A program made the translations under genes and the position numbers. Under the pieces are notes generated by a model, which ran no database searches, was not told the origin of the DNA, and saw only the letters and a list, made by a program, of their open reading frames with translations. Shown piece after piece: positions 29,898 to 41,817 of a stretch of 64,000 bases of DNA (position 1 is its first letter; each line of letters starts with the position of its first letter). This DNA comes from Candidatus Bathyarchaeota archaeon (GTDB lineage: Archaea; Thermoproteota; Bathyarchaeia; Bathyarchaeales; Bathycorpusculaceae), in contig CAVYRJ010000008.1 in the NCBI GenBank assembly GCA_963770935.1, positions 128,001 to 192,000 of the forward strand, written 5' to 3'.

Positions 29898-30716
29898 TCA
29901 TCTATGTTCAGGTTTGTTTTTTCTTACCGCAAGAAAGTTTGATATTAGCATTATCTCCCACCGAGGACGATAGTCCTTTACTAAGCGCAAGCCATTTTGT
30001 AATACTCGATAAATCCGATATTTATCATTAAGCAAGTAATAGAAATCTTGAAAGTATGTTTTTGAATCGATATTGCAGCCAAATTCAAATTGAATAAAAT
30101 CGATAGCATCCTTTTCTAACATCTTTTTGCTTCCCTTAAGGCAATTTAGCTCGTTTCCTTCTACGTCTAATTTTAGTAGATTAATATGGCTAATTTTATT
30201 TTTAATGCAAAAACTATCTAATGTTTGGATTTCAACCTCCTGTTTGAAAGTTAGCCTTGTATCTACAAAATCAAGTCGCCGATCATATAGGCTTGCCATT
30301 TCTGAGTTGTTACCGTCTGAATATAATATGCTGGTTTCATCAACTGCTCCTAACCCAATGTTATATAAAAAAATGTTGCCAGTTTGGTTTACGTTGCCTT
30401 TTAGTTTGCTAAATGTTGATTTGGAAGGCTCAAAGGCGAACAATGTTACTTTTTTGCCAAAGACACTTAAGATTTGGTTTGTATAGTTACCAACATTGGC
30501 ACCAACATCAAAAATAACTATTTCAGAATTGGAAAAATGAGTCTTTATTGTTTTTAAGAGGTTTGCTTCTCCAGAATCGCTAACTTGTGTTACCGAATAA
30601 TTCATACCAATAAGAGACAAACCATGCATGGCTTCAAAGAGCCACTGGGTATATGTTTTTCCTAAGAAAGAGCCAAGCAATTTCTTTTCAAATTTATATT
30701 TACGATAATTATTCAA
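29898..30716 (-). CDS. FkbM-family methyltransferase
   Basis: IFDVGANVG, AFEP and LLKLDVEGNE motifs. Confidence 0.9.
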   Translation of the reverse strand: MNNYRKYKFEKKLLGSFLGKTYTQWLFEAMHGLSLIGMNYSVTQVSDSGEANLLKTIKTHFSNSEIVIFDVGANVGNYTNQILSVFGKKVTLFAFEPSKSTFSKLKGNVNQTGNIFLYNIGLGAVDETSILYSDGNNSEMASLYDRRLDFVDTRLTFKQEVEIQTLDSFCIKNKISHINLLKLDVEGNELNCLKGSKKMLEKDAIDFIQFEFGCNIDSKTYFQDFYYLLNDKYRIYRVLQNGLRLVKDYRPRWEIMLISNFLAVRKNKPEHR

Positions 30717-31208
30717 GTGAAGTTCAACCGCTACCGCTCATTGTTGTAGATATTAGCTTTTTAAGATTAGAGATAAACAACAAAAATTATGAACTTTGCT
30801 CAAGGTTATCACCGACAAGATAACGTTATAAACAATTTTGATTAGCGATAGCTTTTCTTAAGTAGTTCTTTTCTTTATTTAAGCCAAAGGGGGTTAAAAC
30901 TCTCATGACCAGTTTTTTCTTTTAGTCTAAGTTCATAAGTTGGATTTATAATGAAGAATTTTAAGGTCATTTTTTTAATCGCAGGTTCCGCATGATTATA
31001 TTTATCTTCTACTTCTTTGAGAAAAGTGTATTGAAGTGTATAAATAACGTATGTATAGTGTATATATAATGATACAATTAAGCGATCGCTAGCTCGCATA
31101 AATTTAGAGATTTCCACTTTAATGCTTGTTCTTAAACGCTTCTTATTTACCCATTGATTAAATTCGACATTTTTCCTATGCAAATTTGTTGTTCCCATCA
31201 TTAATAAA

Positions 31209-33017
31209 CTACTCTTCATCAACCACTTCAATATTTACATAACGTTTCCTGACAGCTACTATCAATCCTACGATTATCAAGGGAATGATTGCGACAGCTA
31301 TAATTGTGCGCACTGATAACCAGTTCTTCTGTATTATTGGTGTTGGGGAAGGAGATTGCAAATTTGGTGATTTCGGCGACTGGTTAGGTGTCGCAGAGGG
31401 TACGGCATATGAGCTTGGATTTGTTGACGGCATGGGAGAATAATTTGACAGTAGTTCGGATACAACTGCAATCGTGTGATTCCCTGTTATATTTTTCAAG
31501 GTGTAATTCGCAAGCTCACCATAGTCATCTCCATCAATGAAAACATGTGTTATCTTATACCCAGTCTTGTTATTGATCGTAAAGAGCTGAGAATTACCAT
31601 AGTCAACCAAGAAATCACCGGAAGGAGAAATATCTGATCCAGAATCTCCTTTAGATGAAATTGTAAACCTCGACGGAGCGGAAGTTGCCTTAACAATATG
31701 GCCCTCCGTAACGTTATTGAATGTGTAGCTGTTGATTTGCCCTTGTGATTCACCATCAACTATGACGTCAAAAGTATATCCTTGGCTGGTGTTAAAATTA
31801 AAAGTCTGTTTTCCCCAGTAAGGAACTGAAACATTTGAGGGGTAAATTCCTGACTGTGGATCCGTGTATGTTACTATGTTATAGGTGTTCCAGTCTAAAA
31901 TTGCGCTTGAAGAAGTAGCAAGCCATAGCGTTGTAGTGTAATTCCGGCTATTCCAAACACCCGTAGTAAATGTGGGTTGACCTAGGTTGGTCCAGATATT
32001 TACGACCGCACTGCTGTTTGTTTGAAAGGATAATCTGTTACCGTTAAAGAAGTCCAGACACGTAACAAGAGTCGTATCGTTAGTGTTTTCGGTGGCTTTG
32101 TTAACGTGGATTAGCATTAAATTATTACTGACTGTATCCTGGAAATTGTAGTATTCAGATAAAGCTGCAGAGTCCGGTTGTGGGCTTGAAGTATAAATCG
32201 CCGAGATTTCAGCACTATCCAAAGCGCGGTTGTAAACCTGTAAGCTATCAATAACTCCATTAAAAAGCCCTCCCCCTGCTGAATTAGATCCCATAAAGAA
32301 ATTTTGGCCCGATTGTTTAATTTGGATTGACCTGTTTGCTGAGTTTTCAAGAATGCCATTAACATATATCTTTTGCATGTGGCCATCATATGTGCCTACA
32401 ACGAAGTACCATTGATTGAAAACGGATTGGGTAGTAGAGAACAAAGCGTAGCTTGTCGAATTATCCCTCAACATAAATGCGAATTTTCTATCCTGGTAAC
32501 TATGTTTTGAATGTACTTCAAGGCCATAATCATAAGAGTTGAAATATGTTTTTCCAACAAGGAAAGAAGAGGAAGCAATCCCATCCGCTCTTTGTTTAAT
32601 CCACACCGCTACGGTAACACTTTCGTTCATTGTTAGACTTAATGAATTTGGGATTTTCACATAATTAGTAAAACCATCAAAATTAAGACCATAACCATAC
32701 TTTGCACTAGTCCAAACACTACTATTATTGCCCACCAAAATGCCATTATTATGGTTGCTACTATCATCAATCACCACATTCTCTGAACCTTCGTCCAATT
32801 TCCAGTATCCAGTAAGACTATCGTCCGAAGCTGCGCAATGTTGCGGCGGTGGATCAAAATAAATTGACTTTTCAAAGTTCAAATAACTATCATTACCAAA
32901 ATTCCAACTATCATTGGAAGTATAAGTATCCAATCCTATAGCCGGGTTGGATACAGCTATCAAAAACAAAATTAGAACAAAATAGGTTAAAAGTCTGCTA
33001 TTAAATACAGTCGTCAT
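31209..33017 (-). CDS. surface protein: LamG-like jellyroll, two InlB-B-like repeats, S/P linker, C-terminal TM
   Basis: GYWKLDEG, LNFDG, WYFVVGTYDG..IYVNG and FNGVIDSLQVYNRAL; repeats YTFNNVTEGH and YTLKNITGNH. Confidence 0.85.
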   Translation of the reverse strand: MTTVFNSRLLTYFVLILFLIAVSNPAIGLDTYTSNDSWNFGNDSYLNFEKSIYFDPPPQHCAASDDSLTGYWKLDEGSENVVIDDSSNHNNGILVGNNSSVWTSAKYGYGLNFDGFTNYVKIPNSLSLTMNESVTVAVWIKQRADGIASSSFLVGKTYFNSYDYGLEVHSKHSYQDRKFAFMLRDNSTSYALFSTTQSVFNQWYFVVGTYDGHMQKIYVNGILENSANRSIQIKQSGQNFFMGSNSAGGGLFNGVIDSLQVYNRALDSAEISAIYTSSPQPDSAALSEYYNFQDTVSNNLMLIHVNKATENTNDTTLVTCLDFFNGNRLSFQTNSSAVVNIWTNLGQPTFTTGVWNSRNYTTTLWLATSSSAILDWNTYNIVTYTDPQSGIYPSNVSVPYWGKQTFNFNTSQGYTFDVIVDGESQGQINSYTFNNVTEGHIVKATSAPSRFTISSKGDSGSDISPSGDFLVDYGNSQLFTINNKTGYKITHVFIDGDDYGELANYTLKNITGNHTIAVVSELLSNYSPMPSTNPSSYAVPSATPNQSPKSPNLQSPSPTPIIQKNWLSVRTIIAVAIIPLIIVGLIVAVRKRYVNIEVVDEE

Positions 33018-33107
33018 AATACTTTAAGCCTTAATGGTTTGGCAAGTAGCCGTAATAACGAAATTTTCGATAGCCTGACCATTTCCCAAGTGCTTTGCAC
33101 GTATCAT

Positions 33108-36100
33108 TTATTTGTATACGTTCAATGAAAATAACTCAGTTGTTTGCGAATATTCTTTGGCATAGTAAGACAAATATACTGTGGTCTTATCAACAAAAAG
33201 ATAAGAAGGAATACTAAAATCATTTCGACCGCTAACTAACGGTTTAATGTACGTTATTGTACCATTTTCACTAGTTGCAATCATATTAATTTTTGAGTTG
33301 TTATGGATATTGATAGAAATAGTAAAGCTGACGTCTGCTTTTGGAGTAACAATCTCTGGAAGAGTATTTTTTATCCCAATCAGTCTTCCCTCTAATTTGA
33401 AGTCATCCAGATAATAGGTAAGAGACTTTTGTGCGGGTAAATTGCCCAACAATACTTCAATTTTAGTAATTTGTTTCCAAGAAGGTGTACCCATCTTCGC
33501 CAGTGCACCAAGTTCAAAAGTTATTTCTTTCCAACCAGTAAAACTATCAATTATATTAGCGTAGTAGTAGTCTGTCCACGAATTTGTATGAAAAATCACA
33601 GGGATGACCATTGATGTATTTTCACCGTAGAAGAACAACTTAATGGACTCCCACTCGCTGAAATCTTGAAATTCACTAAAGGAATGCCAAAATGAAAGGC
33701 TTTGATTTCTAAATATATCGATTCTTAATGAGTCTTTACCATTAACGAAAACAGAATTATCATTTGTAAAATTGATGTCTCGTTTATCATTTAAACTCGA
33801 CCAGAAGTTGAGTTGATTTTCATCAGTTATACTCTTATTGAGTTCCCCAGAAGGTTGGACGTACGTTGAAATACTATTTTGGATTACCGTTGCGTTGGTT
33901 ATTGTTGCCCATGAGCTCTTGAAGTTGGAGGAGAATGCTACCGAGTTTTCTACTTCCGTTCTATCCAACAATTTAAACAATACCATTTTTTCGAAAACTT
34001 TTGCAATTACGAAGTTCGGTTCATAGTTTATCACTGAGAATAGAGAAAACTTATCGCTTGCTGATTTAAAATAATCGTATGCTGAATGCGACTGCCTAGG
34101 AATCAAGAAATAACGGATATTTGATTCTGTCAGCTTTTGTATTATTTCCGTAGAATTACTGGACGTTAGAATAGGCAAAATGGAGGAAACATCCTGAGGT
34201 TTAGTAAACTCCAATATTGTGCGATTAGCGAACAAAATGAGTTCATAACCGTAAAAAGTTAGTGTAGTGTAATCATCGGTAATATTTGTTTTGTAATAAT
34301 CAGCAACACCTAGAATACCATTTTCGTAATTTATATCAGGAGATCTATTGCCAACAGGGTTAGCGATAATGTTACTGAAGAAGGGAGTAAATGGAATTAG
34401 AAGCAGCATAGAACAAATAACTGGCACAATTACAATCCTCGCTTTTCCCTTGATGTGTATACTTCTTTTTCTTATTTTTTCCAATAACGACGAATTAACG
34501 TCTAACAAAAAGAATATTGCAAAAAGAACAGCTCCAATAGCCAAGTCCATAAGACTGGCAATTCCAAATTGGTAAAAAGGACCTGATAGCGATGGAGCGT
34601 TGTTTATGTTCAATTTGACTAGATAAAAATAGAGTGTTAAAGATGTGATAAACAAGACAAATCTGACGCCATAATGTTTTCTATTGAGTAGGGTCATTAG
34701 CGAATATATTCCAAACCCCATTGCAATTGATAAAAATGGTGCGAAATAATATAGACGCCGAAACTCAGAGCCTAAGAAAGAACACTGAAAAGTCCATGCC
34801 CAAAATAGAACTAATCCTATAGAAAAGATTACGAATAAAACCAGAGCTAACGATAGTTTTAATCTCATTTTTTTATAAACAAAAAAAATCCCAACCGATA
34901 TTGGGATAATATATAGTCCAGAAAGCAACAAATTTGTAAATAAGTTATCAAATCTTATGTAATTTAAGTACACAGGGGTAACAGAATCAGTTACTGGGCT
35001 CAGCAAAGCTTTCGCAGTGTTAAGATTAAAATTACTCGGTATCCATTCAGAATTTATAGCGCCGAACTGAGTTATATTTCTGTAGAAAAAAATTAGGATA
35101 GGCAAAACTGGTAAACTAAAATAAACGATGAAGAAGAAATGGTTCTTGCCCTTATTGCCGCTTGTGCTTTTAGTATCAAAAAAATGAAGAACCAAGAAGA
35201 TAATAACCGTGAAAAAACAAACGAGAGTTTCCCGCACAATGATTTGATTGAATTCTAGACCACTCAACAAATCCCAAGCGAATAAAAACATGAAGGGTAA
35301 TGTCGAAATTAAGGAGCACAGAAGAATAACCCAGAAAGTCCTTGTTTTTTGTGCCAATAAAAGACATATAGAAAAGAGAAAGGGAACAATAAAAATTGCC
35401 ATCGAGCTAGTAAGAAGTGCTAAAGATGCACTCATTCCGGCAAGCAAGAAATATAATTTTCTTGAAGTCCGTCCTCCTTTAATCAAAAAGAGAAGAGCTG
35501 TAAGTATATAAAAGATAAAATAAATATCGCGATATAAATTGAAGGTCACAAAAACCCCCATAACTACAGGCAAAGAGGCGAAAATAATCGCCGAAATTAG
35601 CGCTATTTCTTTTTTTAAGAATAATTCAGTTGCTAAACTGAAAACCGTTATTGTTGTTAGCAAGAAAATTATTACCGGTAAGATTATCAGGGTTTCTGAT
35701 CCCGCTCCCCATATTATCCAGGCGAACATAAGTGAAATTGCAGGGTCAGAAGTCATGAAAAGATCGTTCACATGATAGGGATCAGTCTGCAATCCACCGG
35801 ACGTAATTATTGATTTACTAAGGGGCAAGTAAAGTTTTATCGGGTCGTACTCTGAAAATAATGTCGAACTATAAATAATACTAGTAATAATGAAGGTCAA
35901 TAGCGCTAACAAAAAGAACAATAGAAGTATGTTAGTTTTGCTGATTCTAATTGAAAATCTTGTTTTCTTTTTGAATTTTTTGATTATAAATATTAGAAAA
36001 CCAAAAAATACCAGAAATACGCTCACTATAGTAAAAATTTGGAAAGACGGAACTATGGCTGAAGAAAAAAGCGCAATTAAAGTCATAGATGCAATGAATA

Positions 36101-36233
36101 TGAAATTCCAGAAAATTGCTCCTGCAAGCACAAGGTCCCAAGTAGAATCAATAATATTATACTTTTTCAGTACAATAAATAACACGAACATCCCAGGAAG
36201 AAATAACAATATAGGAAATTCAAACCAATACAT
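33108..36233 (-). CDS. GT-C fold glycosyltransferase (ArnT/PMT-like) with C-terminal carbohydrate-binding-like domain
   Basis: Many TM helices, EYDP luminal loop, and a soluble C-terminus QDFSEW...FTGWKEITF...W..I..IE...YYLDD. Confidence 0.7.
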   Translation of the reverse strand: MYWFEFPILLFLPGMFVLFIVLKKYNIIDSTWDLVLAGAIFWNFIFIASMTLIALFSSAIVPSFQIFTIVSVFLVFFGFLIFIIKKFKKKTRFSIRISKTNILLLFFLLALLTFIITSIIYSSTLFSEYDPIKLYLPLSKSIITSGGLQTDPYHVNDLFMTSDPAISLMFAWIIWGAGSETLIILPVIIFLLTTITVFSLATELFLKKEIALISAIIFASLPVVMGVFVTFNLYRDIYFIFYILTALLFLIKGGRTSRKLYFLLAGMSASLALLTSSMAIFIVPFLFSICLLLAQKTRTFWVILLCSLISTLPFMFLFAWDLLSGLEFNQIIVRETLVCFFTVIIFLVLHFFDTKSTSGNKGKNHFFFIVYFSLPVLPILIFFYRNITQFGAINSEWIPSNFNLNTAKALLSPVTDSVTPVYLNYIRFDNLFTNLLLSGLYIIPISVGIFFVYKKMRLKLSLALVLFVIFSIGLVLFWAWTFQCSFLGSEFRRLYYFAPFLSIAMGFGIYSLMTLLNRKHYGVRFVLFITSLTLYFYLVKLNINNAPSLSGPFYQFGIASLMDLAIGAVLFAIFFLLDVNSSLLEKIRKRSIHIKGKARIVIVPVICSMLLLIPFTPFFSNIIANPVGNRSPDINYENGILGVADYYKTNITDDYTTLTFYGYELILFANRTILEFTKPQDVSSILPILTSSNSTEIIQKLTESNIRYFLIPRQSHSAYDYFKSASDKFSLFSVINYEPNFVIAKVFEKMVLFKLLDRTEVENSVAFSSNFKSSWATITNATVIQNSISTYVQPSGELNKSITDENQLNFWSSLNDKRDINFTNDNSVFVNGKDSLRIDIFRNQSLSFWHSFSEFQDFSEWESIKLFFYGENTSMVIPVIFHTNSWTDYYYANIIDSFTGWKEITFELGALAKMGTPSWKQITKIEVLLGNLPAQKSLTYYLDDFKLEGRLIGIKNTLPEIVTPKADVSFTISINIHNNSKINMIATSENGTITYIKPLVSGRNDFSIPSYLFVDKTTVYLSYYAKEYSQTTELFSLNVYK

Positions 36234-36266
36234 TGAGGTTAAGCTCTATGGGTGCTACTTACTGAT

Positions 36267-37310
36267 TTATGGACGGTTAACTTTCATAACCAAGCCATCA
36301 TGGATCGCGTTAAAGTAAATTTTAAGGAGATTTGTACTTCTACGAATGAAAAGCAGAGAACCGGTTGTTAAGATCAAGTCCTGAACAGAGAGTATTATAA
36401 AAAGAATATAGCCTAATTTAGATGAGAATTTTTTCATAAATAGGAATCGATTTCGTGTTAAAAAGAAGATTTTGAAACCATTTATTTTCTTGACCGATTG
36501 CCCATCTTTGTGCCATATTTTAGAACGTGCGCATGCACACACAATCCAGCCCTTTCGTTTAGCCCTTACGCACCAATCCGTTTCCTCGTAGTAACAAAAA
36601 TAATTAACGTCGAGCAACCCAATGTCGCGAATTAGCTTTGATCGGACTAAAAGACAACTCCCTGGAACCTCGTCAAATTGCAAATATTCGGTTGACTTTA
36701 GGTATTCGGCATTTTTTAAAATCTCTGTTTTTCCGGTTCGCCAGTTGATCTTTTCTCCAATCGCCATTATGCTATTTGATGAATAATTGTAATTGATAGC
36801 TCCAACTATACCAATGTTTTCATCAGTTTTCATAGTTTTTATAAGTTCAAATAAGAAAGTCTTCTCGACAACTACATCATTGTTTAAAATAAGCGCAAAC
36901 TCTACTTTTAGAACATTTAGAGCATATTTGATTGCGATATTGCTTCCTTGAGCAAATCCGTAGTTCTTTTTATTTTCGATTAAATACATTGTCCGACTAT
37001 TCGATTGTAACTTCATTTTAATTAACGCTGTACGAGAATCAGACAAGCAACCAAGCTCAATTAATTGTATTCGTTCGCTCTGTGCAAGCGAGTCGGATGA
37101 AAATATTAATTCATTTTTAGCCCACTCTTTTATCATACTAACGGATTCATCTTCTGAAGAATTATCCACTACAATAACATCAAAATTGGAATATACCCCT
37201 TTATAAATAGACTCTAGGCACTGTATAGTATCCTTCCAACCATTCCAGTTCAAAATTATGATAGCAATTTTTGGATGATCTATGCTTGGACTACCTGGCA
37301 ATCTGTTCAA
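36267..37310 (-). CDS. glycosyltransferase family 2
   Basis: IIILNWNG, VVDNSS, NYGFAQG, LNND and YYEETDWC motifs. Confidence 0.9.
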   Translation of the reverse strand: MNRLPGSPSIDHPKIAIIILNWNGWKDTIQCLESIYKGVYSNFDVIVVDNSSEDESVSMIKEWAKNELIFSSDSLAQSERIQLIELGCLSDSRTALIKMKLQSNSRTMYLIENKKNYGFAQGSNIAIKYALNVLKVEFALILNNDVVVEKTFLFELIKTMKTDENIGIVGAINYNYSSNSIMAIGEKINWRTGKTEILKNAEYLKSTEYLQFDEVPGSCLLVRSKLIRDIGLLDVNYFCYYEETDWCVRAKRKGWIVCACARSKIWHKDGQSVKKINGFKIFFLTRNRFLFMKKFSSKLGYILFIILSVQDLILTTGSLLFIRRSTNLLKIYFNAIHDGLVMKVNRP

Positions 37311-38388
37311 TCTCTGGTATTAGATTAGCTATTATTTTGTTCCAGTCGAATTCTTGCAATGCCAATTCCCTGGCATTCCTACCCATTTCTGCCAATTCTT
37401 TTTTAGGCAAATTGCTCAATCTAATCATCCCTTCTCTTAAAGTGTCAGGTTGGTTGTCTCTAACAACTATACCACACTTGTATTTTCTAATTAGGTCTGC
37501 AGCGTCGCCTACATCGCTTGCCAATATAGGTTTACCCATGGCACAATACTCTGAAAACTTCGTGGGTGAAGCAATTTCAGTAGAAATATGCTTAGGTCTC
37601 GGAAGAACAAAAGCGTCGCATGCTGAGTAGTAATCAATAATGGCTGTAAAAGGTACCCTTCCAACGAAGTGAACGTTTTTTCTTTTAGCACGCCTGAGAT
37701 CCCACTACTAAATAAGCGATATCTTTCTGCTTAATACCTCTCAGCAGCTTTTATGGAATTTTCGACCCCTTGGTATTTAGCAAAATTGCCAATGTATCCA
37801 AATACAAAATTGCCAAATGACTGCCTCAGTTCAACTGTTTTTTGATTTGACTTGGTCCGAAAATACTCAAGATCAACTCCATTGGTTAACATAAATTAAT
37901 TTTTTACTCGGAAATTCCTTTTCCTTTGAGAAACTGCATCATCCTTCTCGAAACACAGATTATTCTATCGGAGCAATGAATGTTAAGATGAGATGGGATT
38001 TTGTTTCTACTGTAAGCTACTATAAAAGATAAGCCTCTGTCAGATCTAGATTGCATTAATTCCTCGCATGGTCCCCCATGCATATCAAAAATGAGAGGCT
38101 TGCTAGTTAAGGTTCCCAATAAGCGAAAAAAAAGTACCGCCATGACCATTGCCGTAAACAAGATCATATTTTTTTGCAAGTAAAGATTTTAGATGCCTAA
38201 AATGGACTGTTAAAATTTTGCCTGAAGAGTAATGCCATGGGTAGGATACTAAATCAACAGTATGCCCAGCTGATTCAAGATTATCCCGGATTGATAAAAT
38301 TCGCCTCCAATCAGCAGAGGAATTATCTTCAAGATAGTCAGCTCTTTTTGGCTACTACACTCAATATATTCATAAATTCAGAACTCAT
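37291..38388 (-). CDS. glycosyltransferase family 4, multiply frameshifted
   Basis: Fragments IFDMHG, SDRIICVS, NGVDL, GYIGNF, SPTKFSEY..MGKPILASDVG and FDWNKI. Confidence 0.7.
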
Positions 38389-38469
38389 ATTTTAGAAGAT
38401 CCTTTCACAGTCTTTACGCCGGTCGATAAATACTACTATTGAAAGTACTACTTTAAGGGCATTACATTG

Positions 38470-39614
38470 TTAGCTGTAATTATTTGCTATGTTGTTTATA
38501 AGTCCCAAATACCGGTGAGCCTATTTTTTCCCAAGTATATTCATGTTCAATAAATTCTCTAGCCCGAAATGATTGTTCTTTCACGTCTTCAGTTTTCAAA
38601 AAATGTATAAGTCGCTTTTAATGAATCCTCTGTCTTGCTGTAATCTAGAGTTATTCCAGAATTTGATCCTTTCACTATTAGATTGAGAGCTGGCAAGTCA
38701 GGTCCGATAAGTGGAATGCCCGATGCCATAGCTTCGAGCGTTGTTATGGGCTGTCCTTCATATATTGAAGCCATAAAATAAAAGTCCGATAACGCATAAA
38801 CAGAGGGAAGTTGTGAATCATCAACGTATCCTAGAAATAATACTTTTGAGAGACCAAGATGTGAAACGAGCTTTTTTGCATCGTTTAGCAGTTTACCATC
38901 TCCAGCTAGAACCAAGCATACATTGTCGAGTTCTTTTGTTAGTTTCGCGAACATTCTAATTAGCGTTAGAGGTCTTTTCTGATCAGTCATTCTTCCGATG
39001 TAGGTAAATACGATATCGTCTTCCGCAATCCCATAATAAGCTCTAAGACTTTTTTTAGGCGACGGTTTGAATTTAGACGTATCGACACCGTTCGGAATAT
39101 ATATTATTTTTTTACGTGGAACATCTATCTCTTCTAAACTATTACCTATATGCGGGGAGACAACTGAAAAATATGATGCATACGAGTTTATTGTCTTTAT
39201 ACAGGGTACTTCAATTTTCTCTCTTAAATTATAGTAAAGTTTATCATAAGTGCTAAATCCATTATTTTGCACTACCTTATTAAATTCGATGATAGATGTG
39301 TGCATAGTCACAAGACATTTGTTGAAAGGAAACTTCCCTATAAAGAACGGTTGATGTAGCCAAACCACGTCATAGTCACTCACGTCATCCTTAATTTTGC
39401 GAGAAACCTTTTGCCAAAAAGACAATAGAGAAAAAACTCCATAATTTTTTCCCAAAAATTCAAGCGGCACTCTAATCTCGGGACCAAATGGAGAGCAAAC
39501 GTCACAACATATTCCTTCTTTTCTTAAGTACTCAGCAACATTATTTACACAAACACCGATGCCCCCCTTGGGGGTTTTTGGATATAGCTCTGAGCCGCAA
39601 ATTAGCACATTCAT
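38470..39614 (-). CDS. glycosyltransferase family 4; C-terminal frameshifts
   Basis: IPNGVD, YIGRM..QK and EGQPITTLEAMASG motifs; the shifted tail contains YTWEKI. Confidence 0.85.
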
Positions 39615-39653
39615 TTTTTGTTACTCATTTGAAATATTTGCATCTTTGGAGAG

Positions 39654-40451
39654 TCAATTTGGAATGAAATAAAGATGTGGCTGGTCGTAAAGAAAAGGAT
39701 CCTCACGAATAAGATCATAGCCATATGGCTTCATGAAATTGATAATTTCATTAACCGTGACACCCCGCTTAAGGTGAACTTCGATTATTAAGAATTTTAC
39801 TGACTTATTTGATAGTAAGTCATTCATTCCAGAAAGCACCAGCCTTTCGTGCCCTTGAACATCTACCTTCATTATATCAATATCAGATATTCCAAGATTG
39901 CATAGAAGATTGTCTAATGGCATGCCAATGACGGAATTACTCGTTCTATCCTTGGATATGAACATATTGGAACTTTCTCCGTCAAGGAAAACTTCCTCCC
40001 TTTGATCGTGAGCTGCTGCTCTTACAGGAATCACGTTCTGCATATGGTTTATTCTAATGTTCGCAAGCAGCGCAGAAAAATTGTTGCCTCCTGGTTCTAC
40101 AGCAACAATGGTTTTGGCAAGACTGCCTACGGTTAGAGTAAAGTCTCCTATGTTTGCTCCAACATCAACTACTGTTGGTAAATTGGTTGCGTCTATCTTC
40201 AAGTTCCGTCTATATGTTATATATGTTTTAAAAAATCCATATGTAAAGGACCTCAGAACTTCTCGATTGCTGACAAGCAATAGTCCTACAGGAGTTTTTA
40301 GTTCACCTCTAAACCCTACCATATAGAGAAAGGGCGCCAGAAAGGCAAATTTTAGACTATTGAAGTCTTCCATACTTTTGTGACAACGCCTAAAGCCAAA
40401 AAAGAGCAGGCTTGCATATGATTTAACAAGAGCAATGTAATCAGACGTCAT
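39654..40451 (-). CDS. FkbM-family methyltransferase
   Basis: VVDVGANIG, AVEP and IMKVDVQGHE motifs. Confidence 0.88.
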   Translation of the reverse strand: MTSDYIALVKSYASLLFFGFRRCHKSMEDFNSLKFAFLAPFLYMVGFRGELKTPVGLLLVSNREVLRSFTYGFFKTYITYRRNLKIDATNLPTVVDVGANIGDFTLTVGSLAKTIVAVEPGGNNFSALLANIRINHMQNVIPVRAAAHDQREEVFLDGESSNMFISKDRTSNSVIGMPLDNLLCNLGISDIDIMKVDVQGHERLVLSGMNDLLSNKSVKFLIIEVHLKRGVTVNEIINFMKPYGYDLIREDPFLYDQPHLYFIPN

Positions 40452-40507
40452 ATTGTACCTCTATCCTTTTTTATTATTTAAGTTTAACAGATTTCAAATA
40501 CATACCA

Positions 40508-41768
40508 TCAAGAGAGGGCACGGTTAGGAGAGAAAAGACTGTTTTGAATAGAATCGGGAAAACAATTATTTTGTAATAAACCCAGTTCTAGATCGCTACA
40601 GCAAACGTGTTTATATATTCTTTCAACCTGGCCAGCAATCTTTTCCCAGTTAAAGTTATCCATGCCATGTTTGATGAATTGCTCATTAAAAGAGACTTCA
40701 TTACCTCTTCTAAGTGCTTCCAAAATAGCTTTCGATATTTCAGCAGGAGAACCGTCGTTAATTATAGTTTTATTCGGATAGCCATCCAATATTTCAGGTA
40801 CCCCCCCAACGGACGTTGCAACAATATTTAATCGCGCTGCCATAGCTTCAAGAATCGTTAAAGGGAGAGCTTCAGACTTCGAGGGCAGTATGAACATATT
40901 TGAAGCTATGTATAATTCATGTATCTTCTCTTTTGGCGTCCAGCCAATAATCTTTGAATTTGCTCTAATTGGTTGCAAGGCTTTGGTCAGTTCTGAAGCT
41001 AAAGGCCCGTCCCCTACAAAAACGAAGAAGGCTTGATGATTCTTTTCAACTACTTGTTTGGCAGCCTCTGCAAGTTCACAAACACCTTTTACTTGTGAAA
41101 ACCTGCCCCTGAAAAGAATAACAGTCTTTTCGAGATCGATACCATACTTTTGTCTGTAAATGATTTTCTTTTGGATATTTGCACAAAAGACTGGGTAATC
41201 AACGCCGTTCGGAATAGAAAAGCACTTCTTCGATAAAATACCATACTTTTTAGCATAATCGGTTATATGTGGTGTCAACCCTATTACGGCGGCAAGATTA
41301 TTTAGTTCTCGCCTGAAGATTGTCCGATTGAAGATTTCCTCACCAAGTCTCGCTATTGTGTTACAACGGCTTAGAGCATCTAATCCATGGAGTGTCAAGA
41401 TTACAGGAACACCAAGCTTCTTTGCAGCACTTATTGTTCTCCATGTAAGATAGTAGTGATGACCATGACAATGCACTACATCAATTTGTTTTTCCTCTAT
41501 TACCTCTCGAATCATATCCGCTACATTTAATACAAAACCTTGATTGCCAACAGGTCGGTAAATGCTTTTCAACGGAAAGTATGCCTTAACCCTAACTACC
41601 TTTACACCCATCGGAGGAAATAACGGTTGATGGCAATTCTGATAAAGCGGAAGTTAAAATAGTAATCTGGTGACCTTTTTTTGCCAGTTCTTTCGAAAGG
41701 TTCTCTACATGATATTCTATGCCTCCGACATGTGGGGGATAGAAAGTGCTAGCCATTAGAATATTCAA
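40508..41768 (-). CDS. glycosyltransferase family 4; frameshift near 41608
   Basis: Upstream frame MNILMASTFYPPHVGGIEYHV; IPNGVD and EALPLTILEAMA motifs. Confidence 0.85.
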
Positions 41769-41817
41769 ATTTAGTGATCAAGTCCAAAAATGAAAAAAAT
41801 GGCTTTCGACAAATGTT

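Noticed and set aside
30875-31231. 118-aa minus-strand ORF
   Set aside because: Overlaps the LamG gene end and has no motif.
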